Of a DNA stretch of 64,000 bases, positions 12,416-23,647 are shown piece by piece. Each line of letters opens with the position of its first letter. Position 1 is the first letter of the stretch. The translations under genes and the position numbers were made by a program. The notes beneath the pieces are model-generated. The model did not search any database. It saw only the letters and a list, made by a program, of their open reading frames with translations, and was not told the origin of the DNA. The stretch comes from Dicyema japonicum (lineage: Eukaryota; Animalia; Dicyemida). The stretch covers positions 78,895 through 142,894 of the forward strand of contig RDEW01000018.1 in assembly GCA_011109175.1 (NCBI GenBank). The letters run 5' to 3'.

Positions 12416-13116
12416 AAAATAAAAGTAGAGTTATTTGTCATGACAAGGTCTCTATTATGGTTTGCAGTCTTTAAGTACGCAATGGGAGTTACCTCTCATG
12501 TTCTCAGATTTCTTTAATCAGATGTGGTGATGTTGAACCTAGCCCTGCACCAGTGTCATTTCAGCGAAAATTGAAGATACTCCAGTTGAACATAAAAGTC
12601 TTTCCAAATTATGTGTTGGTTTACGTAATTTCTTACACAATCATTTTGTAGACATTTCCATTATCCAAAAAACTAAGCTTACATCGAAATCCAAGATTCT
12701 TCACTTCAAGAACTATTCTGTATTACGTTCTGACAGTGACTACAGCTAACTGCGGGTGGTTTAAAGGTTCTTGTGTATTTTTCTATTTCTTTTGCTAATT
12801 CTTCAACTTTTATTAAATCTCTCATATCTGAGGATCCTTAAATTGAAATTTTATCTATCAATATAGTCATGTTTTCACTATTGTCAATGTATACATTCCA
12901 CCGATTTTTTCGTGTCTTCCTAATTGTATGGCGAACTTACACATTTTCTATTGAAAACTACTGATTAATGCACATCATCCTGCATGGCAAACCTCTAACA
13001 AATAAAGATTAAACTTCCACTTTTTCTTTTGAAAACTATTGATTAATGCTCATCATTCTGCATGGCTATCCTCAAAAAACTTAAACAATCAAAATGAATA
13101 TATTCAAAATATTATA

Positions 13117-14657
13117 TTACATTAATATCCAATATTGACAAATGATGTCAAGAAATTTTCTAAAATTAGTGGAAATGGGGTAGTCAACTCCATCAATATG
13201 TACAATATGTTCTCCACGATTATCAATGATGGGTTTTAACAGATTAAAGTCAAATGATTCTGATTTTAACTCAGAAAACACATTAAATGGATTGCTTGAA
13301 GAAAATTTTGTGAGAATTTCAATTCCATCGGAAAAAAATTTTCCCGATTCTATCAACAGACGTGCCATCGAAAGTGATTTTGGTAATACGGAAACATACT
13401 GAGAAACAGCACTATATCTGCCCTCTTTCAAAAGAGATCGAAGAAGTGATACTGCAGCATATGTATCCTTAGAACGAGTCCATCGAATGTGCAGCAAATT
13501 AATATGATGAGGTACTTTCACAAACGTGGTGGTAATCACGTGGTATAAATCATCAACGGTGTATTCAGGACTGTCTTTTCGGTCATAAATCAACGAAAAT
13601 AGCTGAGAAAGCAATGAAAGATCGTCGATGTGGACAATTCGTTCGAAAAAATCAAGGAATATTTCTAGATTTTTTGACCTTCTCAGAATAAATGAACATG
13701 TATAAAGAGGAGATTGTAGCAAATAGGATAAATTGAGATCAAACTGAATACTGAAAATTTGGCTTTCCGTTGTGCATATATTAGAGTGGTGGTAGATCTG
13801 TAACGACCCCGGAGAATCAGCACGCAACGAAGAAAATACAGGGGAAGAACATGTGTCACATACGTCAAATACATTGAATGACGAATCAGAGTACAAAATA
13901 AGGAGGTTGTCCACAACGGTAACAGACGACAAATTAACGTAAGAGTTCATAGAGAGCCTTTTTGGACGAGGAAGGATTTTTTGAGAGACAACTTCGTACA
14001 GAAGAATGGTCTTCGATGGATTAAATGGCAGAAGGAAGAGATATGGCGTGTTGTAGAGGTTAACTAGACATATATTTGGAGGAGATGAAAGATCATCAAG
14101 AGTAAATTGCATATATGGTACCAGTGAGGTCTTGGTGACCTTAACGACATGTACACTGCCTGTCAGATAGGCAAAACAAGCCAAATTTTCCTTTGCTAGA
14201 TAATCAACGTGGTAAACTTTGAATTGGATTTGGTCGATCAGTTTGGTGTGTTTTTCCTTAACGGAATGAAGTTCTAACCCCAATTGATGAACGATGAGAA
14301 GAGAGTGATCTCCTGACCAAAAAAAGTCAACCACATGTGGGTCAGTACATGCAAGTTTGCAGGAAAATGGCCTTCCAAGAGAAAAAGAATAATCACATGA
14401 GAATATAGCCAAACCACATGCAGTTTTGACAAAATAGGCCAACATTTTCCATGAAATGATAATTTCATTATTTTTATGTCCACAAAAGGCGCCATGGACT
14501 TTGCAACGTGAGTCTCCTCAGTGGAAAGGTTGTAGGCTGCGAACTTGTAGGGGTCGTTGGGGAATCCAGTAAAGACAATTTGAAGATCCTCATCAATTAG
14601 TGAATATTCGTCGAGATCATAAATTTTTTTGAAAGAAAGTAGATTTTTAATGTCCAT
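13117..14657 (-). CDS. RMC1: Regulator of MON1-CCZ1 (RMC1/Mic1/C18orf8), intronless, with one apparent 1-nt frameshift
   Basis: IKIMKLSFHGK-MLAYF, VDFFWSGDHSLLIVHQLGLELHSV, ICLVNLYNTPYLFL, VTVVDNLLIL and SLSMARLLI align by eye to the RMC1 N-terminal propeller and Mic1 domain. One extra A in the run at 14445-14448 fuses the two ORFs into 513 aa. Confidence 0.8.
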
Positions 14658-15929
14658 CCAAAAAACTCAAAGACGTAATAATTAAAAAATATTTAAATTA
14701 TATTAAAATATTATATAAATTATTGAATCTAATAAAATATAAAAGTAGATTAATTTTGATACATGTCGTTTTCCTACTGCATCATCAATATCCCTTATAA
14801 TTAAAGGTTAGTGCGTGTTAAATTACAGCTAAAAGCGTACATCTATGTGTTTTTCTGCAAATGAATTACTACTAAGTATTCTCAGTCTTTAATGTTGAGT
14901 GTATTGGTGTTTGTTAGCGTTTCGTGAGTATTGATCACTCTTATCTTTTTATGAGCCTTTGTGCACGCTTTTGACCGCAATATACGACTAATATTATAGT
15001 AATACATGACCTGTTTGGATCACAGTTGCAAGAAACTGAGAGCTGCCGAACATATTGTGTCTTCTTTCAGTTCACGAGTTCCCTCCTTCTCAGATCTGTT
15101 TTCAAAAAAGTCTTTTACTGTTTCTTTGGCCTGTTCGTACTGTTTTCATTTCTCGTGGCTTATCTTCTTGCTTGGAGAGTGAGTCTCTCAGATACTCCTC
15201 CACTTGTTGAAGTGGAATATGACCCCCCAGATGACCCAACAAATCAAATTGTGGACGACTAGCGATTCCCTACTCATATTGGGATGACTACTGAACCAAT
15301 GTTTATATACCAGCCTTGTTATATTTTCAAATCTAAATAAATTGTCTATTTATTATCCCGTAATTTGTTATTCTTTAATTCATTATTTTGACAGGTATCA
15401 CTTTATAATGTCGATATTTATAAATCAAAGATGTCTTAGTCGATTTGTCGATACTATTATTAACCCACGTTTTTTTTATTGTAAATAGTGTTTCAGTATT
15501 TTGAAAGCAATAATCAGCTTATCAATGTCCGAATTGTGCTACTATCTTCAATTTCAATGAATCAATTTCTGAATTGTGTAATCAATATTTAAGTTTACTT
15601 ATATTTTTATCAAAGAAATTAGATAATAGAACATCTATAATTGTTATATTGCCAACATATTCTAATATATGTAAACATTGTTAAAATCCTAATTATAATA
15701 TAAATATCATCAATTCTATTTTAAATATTGTGATGGCGACATAGATGTTCAAGATGTTGTAAATCACGATGAACTATTAGAAATAAAGTTTTAAATTACC
15801 AATTGCAATAGTGGAATAAAATAGCCGTTTAACTTATTTAATGAATTTTTTTATTTAATTTAGTTTACTTTACTCGCGTTAAAACGACTAAAAATAGTAA
15901 AGATACTAATTTAGAAATTTTAATATTTT

Positions 15930-16160
15930 CTTAAGAAATATACCTAAGAACTTCGGAAATGGCACCGGCCAATCAGGCTTTGGAATCATACTTTTCTGTA
16001 TTAAACAAAATAACGTATCGAGATCGACAAAGAACTCACTTGCATAGGAAGAAAGCTGAAAACAGGAGATGATCTGGATGATCGTTTCGAGAAACAGAAG
16101 AGGAGAAAAACGACTTACAGCCTGAAATACATGGCAAAAGTAGAATCTTAAATTAGTTAA
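15930..16160 (+). mobile_element. RTE-like 3' fragment
   Basis: PANQALESYFS and KTGDDLDD resemble the RTE C-terminus at 5414-5650. Confidence 0.55.
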
Positions 16161-16479
16161 CTTTTTTGGTTCCGCGGACAATAATAATTATATTTTATTA
16201 CTATTTCCTTTCAGCGACATTAGTATCAAGCATAGAATCGACAAATTAGGATTTTAGATGTTCATGTATAAAAAACCTGTTCAATTGGCCTTCTGTTATC
16301 CAAGAACTGTTAAAGCGCTTTTTAGTTATCTAAGTCAAACTCCAAATTATCCGAGTGTACAATTTATATCCGATCTTTGGGAGCGAAAGGTATGCCTCCG
16401 CTTAATAGCCACCATCATCCAGTCGACTTCCCAAAGGTCATTGAAAAGGTTGACAGGGGAATAGTTATGGTATTTTTAG

Positions 16480-16840
16480 TTGCCAGATTGAAACTGGTAT
16501 CCAATTTTCTCCAAGTGAAGGTGAACCACATCAAAAATTTGGAGACCATTTGGAAATAAGAGCCCTGCAGTTCCTTTCCCAAGCCTACAGCCTAGACCAT
16601 TCCTGCCACTCTCTATGCAAACCGCAAAACAAAAGAAAAATTATTATGACAACCAGTGATTTGTCTCGAATGCTATCATCCATCCCTTCCAGCCCCAATG
16701 ACCGGAGTCTTCTGAAACAGATACATCACTTTGTTTCTACGAGAAGCATCCGAAGACAATAAAATACTGCACCAAGCAGAACGGCATTATTCATCCGTAA
16801 TATGTTCCCAAATAATCCCCATCGGGTCTTGGTAATAATT
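16480..16840 (+). mobile_element. Vingi-like 3' fragment
   Basis: HLEIRALQFLSQAYSLDHSCHSL, homologous to 37330-37640. Ends GGTAATAA. Confidence 0.65.
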
Positions 16841-16859
16841 GTATCCACTTTCCGATTTG

Positions 16860-17660
16860 CTACCTGTGTATAAGTATTTGTGTTTGATCACCTTTATATA
16901 GTGTATCCCAGGCAGAGTTTTTAGTTGTTTTCTGTGAAAAGCATTCATGTTATCAAAACATGTCCGAGTTAGTCCCTACGTTTTTTAGTTATATATTATA
17001 TAGTCATACTTTTACTAGTCTTAAAATATGTACGAACATCAAACATTTCGATTTTAGTCTCTTGAGTGTTATTATTGATAACATTTTTCTTTGTTGGACA
17101 TCTTCCAGGTCGCCAAGCAAAGACCCGAGTTTTTTGTTCTCTATATCTCATCGTTAAGTTTGCTTTCTCGTTTGATTGATAAGCTTGGTTTTTTGTCCGT
17201 TTATTTTTATGAACCACTCTCAAAATACTCCGGGAGTATGATTAAGAGCAATCATGATATCATTAAAGTCCTCGGAAACAAAATTCACGTCTTCCACGTA
17301 TATTAATCCCAAGATATAATTTGGATCAATTTTAGGTCTCAGATTGCGAAGAGCACTTTCCGATGAACAACAGAGAATGGAGTGCCAATATGCGTTTTAA
17401 ATTAGCGAAAGCGCTCTGAATCAACTCAGACTTCCAATTCCGTTTTTGAAAGTAGAACCTGTATTTCCTTAAACTGTCCTCGTCTAGCAAAGTTTCTAGT
17501 AGTCGCATGAACTTTCCTTTACCAACAGTATCAAAAGCTCTCCATAAATCAATCCTCAGAAAATAGACTGCCTTAATGAACCTTTGACATGACACACACC
17601 TATCTATGTGTCCACACGATATCTGCGATAGACCACCCTTTTCTGAATCCACTTTTCCCC
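16860..17660 (-). mobile_element. RTE-like RT fragment
   Basis: IDLWRAFDTV, YVEDVNF, LGSLLGDLED and AFHRKQL motifs. Confidence 0.8.
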
Positions 17661-17684
17661 ACCGACAAGACCTTGTCTACAGTA

Positions 17685-20490
17685 TTATTATTATTATTAC
17701 CCCAGGATCACTGGGTCAAAGAGAAAGAAATAAAAGTTCTCATCTAACTAAGTGATCCCAGACCGACAAAGGTGAGGACGAGTCCGGCGGGGTCGAGAAT
17801 CCTGAACAGCTCTTCTCATTGGACATGACATCGGCTCAAAATTTCTGTATGATTGTAGATAATTCGATAGTATTTGGAATAGAGGGCAGCTCGGTAGAAT
17901 AGCCTCCTTTAATAGTTTCCGTTGTAGTTCGATTAAAAAGTTTTCAATGGTTGGATATTGTGATCTGGTCCAATTAACTTTATTGCAGTCTCCTCGATTG
18001 CGATAATTTCAATGAGGAAGATCGTGACATTTGCATTGCCCATGAAGGACTTGCATACGTCATCGTTGGTCGGATAAATTGTTTGTAAATCGTGGCAAGG
18101 CCACCAGTTTGATCTCTAAGTGTTTTTGAGAGCACTTTTAAAATTCTCATTTTTTTCAGAGCAGAAGTTACTTTGTTTTCAACATGCCGGATAAAGGTGA
18201 GTCCCTGATCAAAGGTTACTCCCAGAATCTTCGGTGTTTTGTTAATAGAGATAGCTTCGTTCTTCATAAAAACTTTTGGTTCGATACAGAGCTCTCTCTT
18301 GTAGGTGGTAAACAGTGTGACAAAGGACTTTGCTGCTGATGTGTCGAGTCTCCGCTTCGAGAGCTATAGTTCCAAGTTGTCGAGCATTTGTTGAGCCAAC
18401 TGAGTCGCTGATTGAATGCTTCTGTTCTTGGAGGCAAGAATGATATCGTCGGCATAGGAGAGGATTAGACAGTTTTCATTACAAGTTTGTGGCATGTCGT
18501 TTATGTAGAGATTGAAGAGTTGGGGTGATAGTGGGGAGCCTTGAAGGACTCCATTTGGGAAATAGCGAGATCTTGATTTGATGTTGTTGCAGAGTACTTG
18601 TACTCGTCTTCCATTTAGGAAGTTTCCAAGCCAAAGTTTCAGGTTCGGATGGATGTTGGTTTCGAATATTTTCTTTGTTAGGAGTTTCCTAGGGACTGAG
18701 TCGAACGTTTTTGTGATGTCCACGGATATAAGTACTGTCCTCTGATGGGGTTTGGGGGAGTTAAATCCTTCCGCAATGAATTGTGTGAGGGTTGTAAAGT
18801 GTGTTGTTGTCGAATGGTTATCCCGGAATCCGTGCTGGGTCGGAGGTATTGAGATTGAGTCTTGTATTTTTTCCAAAACAAGCCTTTCAAGGATCCTTGA
18901 GACCGAACTTAGAATAGATATTGGGCGATAGGAAGATGGTTCATCTATTGGTTTGTTGGGTTTTCGGATAGGTCTGATTAGAGACTTCTTCCATATTTCA
19001 GGAATTGTATTTGTGTTAATGGATAGGTTGAAGATATAGGCTAATAGTTCCAGGGCTCGATTACCTAGGTGCTTCAGTTCACATGTGGTTATGTTGTCTG
19101 GTCCTTTGGCGTCTGAGATGTTGGCCTTGATATGGCTCTGCGAACATCCTGACTAGTAAATAGGATCCAGTCATCGGAGCGTTTCGGTTCAATCTTTTTC
19201 AGGAATACTTGTTGTTCTTTTGAAAACTTCCTGTAGGATATAGATGTGTAATATTTTATCAGAGTGTCTGGTTTTATGTAGACTTCGACTTTTCTCTCTG
19301 GGGAGGATCTTTTGATGTTTTTGATCCACTTCCACACTTTCTGCATTGGGGGGTTTTTGTAGAGAGCCTTCGATAGTCTCGTCCATCTATTTGCATTTTC
19401 TGTCTTTATGTTGTTGTCGATCTCTGTGTTCAACTCTCGTATTTTCCTGATGTTCTCTTCTGTTGGCGATTTTACCATCTTTAGATTATTTCGTTTTCTG
19501 ATCAGATGTTTCGTCGTTGTGTTGAAACGTTTTGATGACGTTGGTTGTCTCCCCATAGGAATGTACTTCTTTTTCGCATCGTTTATAATGGAGTTGAACC
19601 ATTTCACTAATTTGTTCGACGGAGGGAAAAGTGGGGAAATTTAATAGTCCAATACAATTATCGACGTATTCCTTTAATTTTTTTCAATTCGCAAGGCTGT
19701 AGTTAGTTATCGTTGGGCATTGTTCTTTTATCCGTGACCTTGTTTTGACCTCCAAAAATATTGGGTTGTGGTCATACTCACTGACCAGTCAATAAGTGGG
19801 GCCAAGGACGGTGATGACAATGAGATGTCGATAGAAGAAGGTTTATCATTACGTCGAGTAGGTGTTCTTGTATGAGATACAGGATCGTTGAGTATACATA
19901 GGCTGTGGTGGTCCTCAATTATCATCTTCCCTCTTTTGTCGTAGGTTTGTTTTGTCAGCCACAGTAGGTGCTTCGCATTGAAGTCACCACAGATAATCAC
20001 ATCTTTTAGTGATGCGAGAGGAGTGAGTCTGGGGGCACTGGACAAGCAGGAACTCAGCGGTGGGAGATATGCGTTGACAATTATTATTGATAGTCTTGGG
20101 AATCGTATTTTGGTAACCAAAAGTTCGGGACTGTTGGTTAAGTCCTCAAACGGAATGCCGTTGCGGATAACTGTGAGAAGACCCTCACCAAGTTTGCCAA
20201 TTCTGTCACGGCGAATTACTGTGAATCCCGGAAATACTGGTGATGAATTCTTTAGAGAAAGTTTAGACTCTTGAATTAGCAACAGATCAATGTGATTTTT
20301 TTTCACAAATGTCCGAAGTTCGAGTATTTTGTTCTTGATTCCATTTATGTTTAGTTGGACTATTCTGGCTGGTCCAGGGTTTGCCTCAACGTCTCCGCAG
20401 CGGCGCAGGCCTCTTTATTGGTCCACCCGTGAAGATAGGGGAAAGTGTGGGTTTTTTTTCAAATGCCACCACGTCGTCGGCGAGCCCATG
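17685..20490 (-). mobile_element. Near full-length Ingi/Vingi-like LINE (leader, 2A, APE, RT; no RNase H), 7-bp TSD
   Basis: TACAGTA at 17678-17684 and 20491-20497; (TAA)n tail; GDVEANPGP then QLNINGI, IQESK, GDFNAKH, VDITKTFDSV, QGSPLSPQLF, YADD and ILGVTFD. Confidence 0.92.
20370..20411 (-). other. 2A-like StopGo peptide LRRCGDVEANPGP
   Basis: Perfect D-V-E-x-N-P-G-P motif in frame and directly upstream of the APE domain. Confidence 0.9.
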
Positions 20491-20519
20491 TACAGTAAAA
20501 ATATCATAGCTGATGGATA

Positions 20520-21025
20520 AGTGGGGGGTGAATATTTTAGATGTTCTATGCTTACACCGTCAATACCCTGATTTTTTCCTTAGTTTTTGCAAAGCCGTTT
20601 GTATCTCAGTTAGAGCTAGTGGGATGATTAAACATTTCGGATTTCAGAGAAGCTGATGTATCTCCTCATCATCATTTTTTGAAAATGGATTCAAAGTATT
20701 TGGTTATTTTTTGGCCATCTTTTTTCCAAATATTTTCCTCCCATTGTTATCATTTAGAAGTAATCCTTTAGGCCTGTCTTTTGGTTTAGTAGTCAGATTT
20801 CTTTGAATATTTTTTGGGCCATAGTTATGGTGTTCAACCTCTTTGGCATAATGTTTAAATGTTCTTTCATGAAGTAATCGTACCCTTTTCTTATAAAATA
20901 AAGTTCCTCTTGTATTTTAGTACAGTCTTCTTTTCTATGTTTTGTATCTTATATGCGTAGTCTTAAATTTTTTTGTTCTCTCTAAACTATCAATTCCATC
21001 ATATATATCATCAATATATGTGTAC
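20520..21025 (-). mobile_element. RTE-like APE-RT linker fragment
   Basis: Minus strand reads KNQGIDGVSIEHLKY; similar to 35650-36100. Confidence 0.6.
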
Positions 21026-21034
21026 TAACAGGAG

Positions 21035-21361
21035 TAGGGTGACATAGTGGTTAGGTGTCGGGCTAAAGTGGCTTAGGTTACGGGTTCGATTCTCGCTGCT
21101 GTTCACCTGGTGGAAGGTTCCACGCATCTACGATGCCAAAAGGGTTTGACGAGTGACGCCGTCATCAGTGGATACTCACTGCGGAACTGGATTGTCTAGA
21201 AAGGACCCACACACAAGAAAAAGAAAAAAAGAAGTGAAGATTATTACTTGGTTCTACGATTAGTTAAAATTAACTGTTCTTTACTTAAATTAAGTGTGTG
21301 TCCTGCCTATGCGGAGCTATAAATATTATGGCTCTCGTGAAAAGGCTGTTATTATTATTAT
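21035..21361 (+). mobile_element. tRNA-headed SINE with RTE-like 3' tail, 9-bp TSD
   Basis: A-box-like TGACATAGTGG (21040-21050) and B-box GGTTCGATTC (21083-21092). Tail ATGCGGAGCTATAAATATTATGGCTCTCGTGAA matches the RTE end at about 47652-47684 (minus). TAACAGGAG at 21026-21034 and 21362-21370. Confidence 0.8.
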
Positions 21362-21370
21362 TAACAGGAG

Positions 21371-21790
21371 GTCGAGTCAATTGTAAGCCTTATGAAGATA
21401 TACAACTCTTTATTCTCGTCATATTTAACCCTTAGACGGGGGAGAGCCCAATACGGAGAGACCTGCATCTGGTCGCATAGGAGAAATCGCCAAATTTCCA
21501 TGGAGAGTCGCATTGCTTTCGACATGTTCATAACGAACATTGCCTTCGACCACCGACCAAGGCATAAGACTACTTAGACTTGCTCAAGTAAAGATAAAAA
21601 TGGAAATATTCACCAAATTTACAACCAAATTGATTACACCCTATATAGAAGAAATGTGAAAAACATGTTGTCCGACACCAGGTCCTACAACGCTCTTGAA
21701 ACAGGTAGTGACCATAAACTGGTCGTGGCTCGAATTGATTTGAAGTTGATGTACACCGAACAAGGGACACAGAAATAATTGACACATAAA
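21371..21790 (+). mobile_element. RTE-like APE fragment
   Basis: GETCIWSHRRNR, FDHRPRHKTT, YNQIDY and SDHKLVV motifs. Confidence 0.75.
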
Positions 21791-22149
21791 AACTAGTTTA
21801 TCAAAACGACTGAAAACTATAGTTAGTCATCACTTTTGTTAATTGTAACTAATTAGTCTCAATTAACTTTGATATAATAGATTATTTTTATTTTTGACAT
21901 TGATTCGCATCAACGGATAAATTTCAACGCTAGCGACATAATAAATCTGATTGTAGATGGGAATTATCTATTCAGATTGTTCACTTGTCTCACCCAAGTA
22001 TTCATATGTGCCGCCAGATGTTTGGATGCTGTATTAGATAGAAAAAGATCAAATTCACAGTACAAGTCAGCCAGAGAAACATCATTAAGGTTCTTAAATC
22101 CTCTTCTATGAGCTCCAATGAATTTTTGGTACATTTGCGTTAACAATTG

Positions 22150-22500
22150 TCAGAAGTATTTTCCTGGTAATTATTTGTTATACTGCTATCCTGTCAGTGA
22201 CTCTCGAATACTCTTGAATCGAGCTGGCATATTGTTTCTGTGACCCAAAGCCTTTTTCATAGTGTCGACATTCTGGTTTAAAAAAAATTAATCTGTAAGG
22301 TCGCACAAGTTCGTCCAAATCTCTGTTTAGTTTAGTCTCGTGGTGACAAGCGACTGAGACTCCATAACAGACGAAATCCTTGGTCACCTGAGTTCTTCGA
22401 AGAGAAAATGAAATTACTCTAACATTGAATGTTGCAAGTACGATTTCTCCATGGTATGTTGTAGACATTCGTGCCGTTATGGAACGTCACCACCTCAGCC
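22150..22500 (-). mobile_element. RTE-like 5' end (APE N-terminus)
   Basis: LATFNVR...CHHETKL...SRVTDRIAV, with the 5' motif GGCTGAGGTGGTGACGT. Confidence 0.75.
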
Positions 22501-22564
22501 AATAAGGAATAATAATTAGTCTAAATAATTTTTGTAGATAATTTTTATTTATGTTAACAACCCA

Positions 22565-23310
22565 AGACTATGGGAAGATCTATCAAAAGCCTTTGACTTG
22601 GTTAACAGGAACAAATTGATGACAGTGCTAGAAGGGTTTCTTGACGAATCGAGTCTAAGAATGATCCAAATCTTTCTATCTAACACAGAGATCCTTGTGA
22701 GAGTTGGAAAAACCTACTCAAGAAAATTTGAAACAAACACAGGCACTCCTCATGGAGACTCCCTCTTTTCGCTACTATTCACAATATACTTGGAGGCCGC
22801 TATGAGGGAACTAAGACTATTATACCAAGGAAAAATAGAAGAAGTGATTTATGCTGATGATGTCGACCTAATCTTCAAATACAAAGAACTCCTGGAACAT
22901 GTACTAGAAAAAGCACCAGATATACCAGGAAAATGGTTTCTCACCGTGAACAGCGAAAAAACAGAACGGACAGAAATAAGACGAATGAATAACTCCCTCG
23001 AGAAGAAATTGAGGCACACAAAGAAACTTGGCTCCCTATTAGGAGATAGTGAAGATATCATACGGAAAAAAACCATGGCAAACGCGGCATTATACAGGCT
23101 GGTGGAAGACCGAGAACAACCCTCCCAGTCGTTTTACAAAACGATCTGAAAGCCGTAAAGAAAACATTGGCATCTGGCAACGACCTGGACACACTGAGGG
23201 ATCTGACCAAGAATAGAAAAGCCTGGAACAAGCTAACTCTTTCTCTTATATTTTTTGCTGTACATGGTGGCTATAAATGGCTCCCGTGAAAGTGCTAATA
23301 ATAAGACTAT
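22565..23310 (+). mobile_element. 5'-truncated RTE-like LINE with 3' end
   Basis: GTPHGDSLFSLLF, IYADDVDL and KLGSLLGDSED; closely similar to 48100-48720 (minus). Ends GGCTCCCGTGAAAGTGCTAATAA. Confidence 0.85.
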
Positions 23311-23647
23311 GGGAAAATCAAACTAATTATCACGTGATCCCGATGTGTTCCAACAGTGACATCATCTTTGCCCTGTCTTTTTCTCTCGTGCCCTCGCATG
23401 ATCGTACAGGAGTGAATTTAAGGGGCTGCATTCCCGCATTCGAGAGTCTAGTCTCATAAAGGCCAACAATTTGTTACTCTGGAAGCCCTCTTTTGTATTT
23501 CCTCGATCTTACTCATATTTGTCCAAGATATGAACAGTCCTCAGGAGGCACATACATATGAAACATTGCTCGATGTAACATCCCAATTTTTTGTCCGATA
23601 TAAAAAAATGACGTGGTCGACTTCGAATTCTCGATAATAAAAATTTA

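Noticed and set aside
15000-15262. Possible small single-pass membrane protein exon
   Set aside because: No ATG or consistent upstream exon and no recognisable family; needs RNA-seq.
15906-16181. 91-aa minus-strand ORF as a host gene
   Set aside because: TTG start; the plus strand is a recognisable RTE 3' fragment.
21964-22146. 60-aa ORF as a gag or host exon
   Set aside because: No motif or splice structure I can support.
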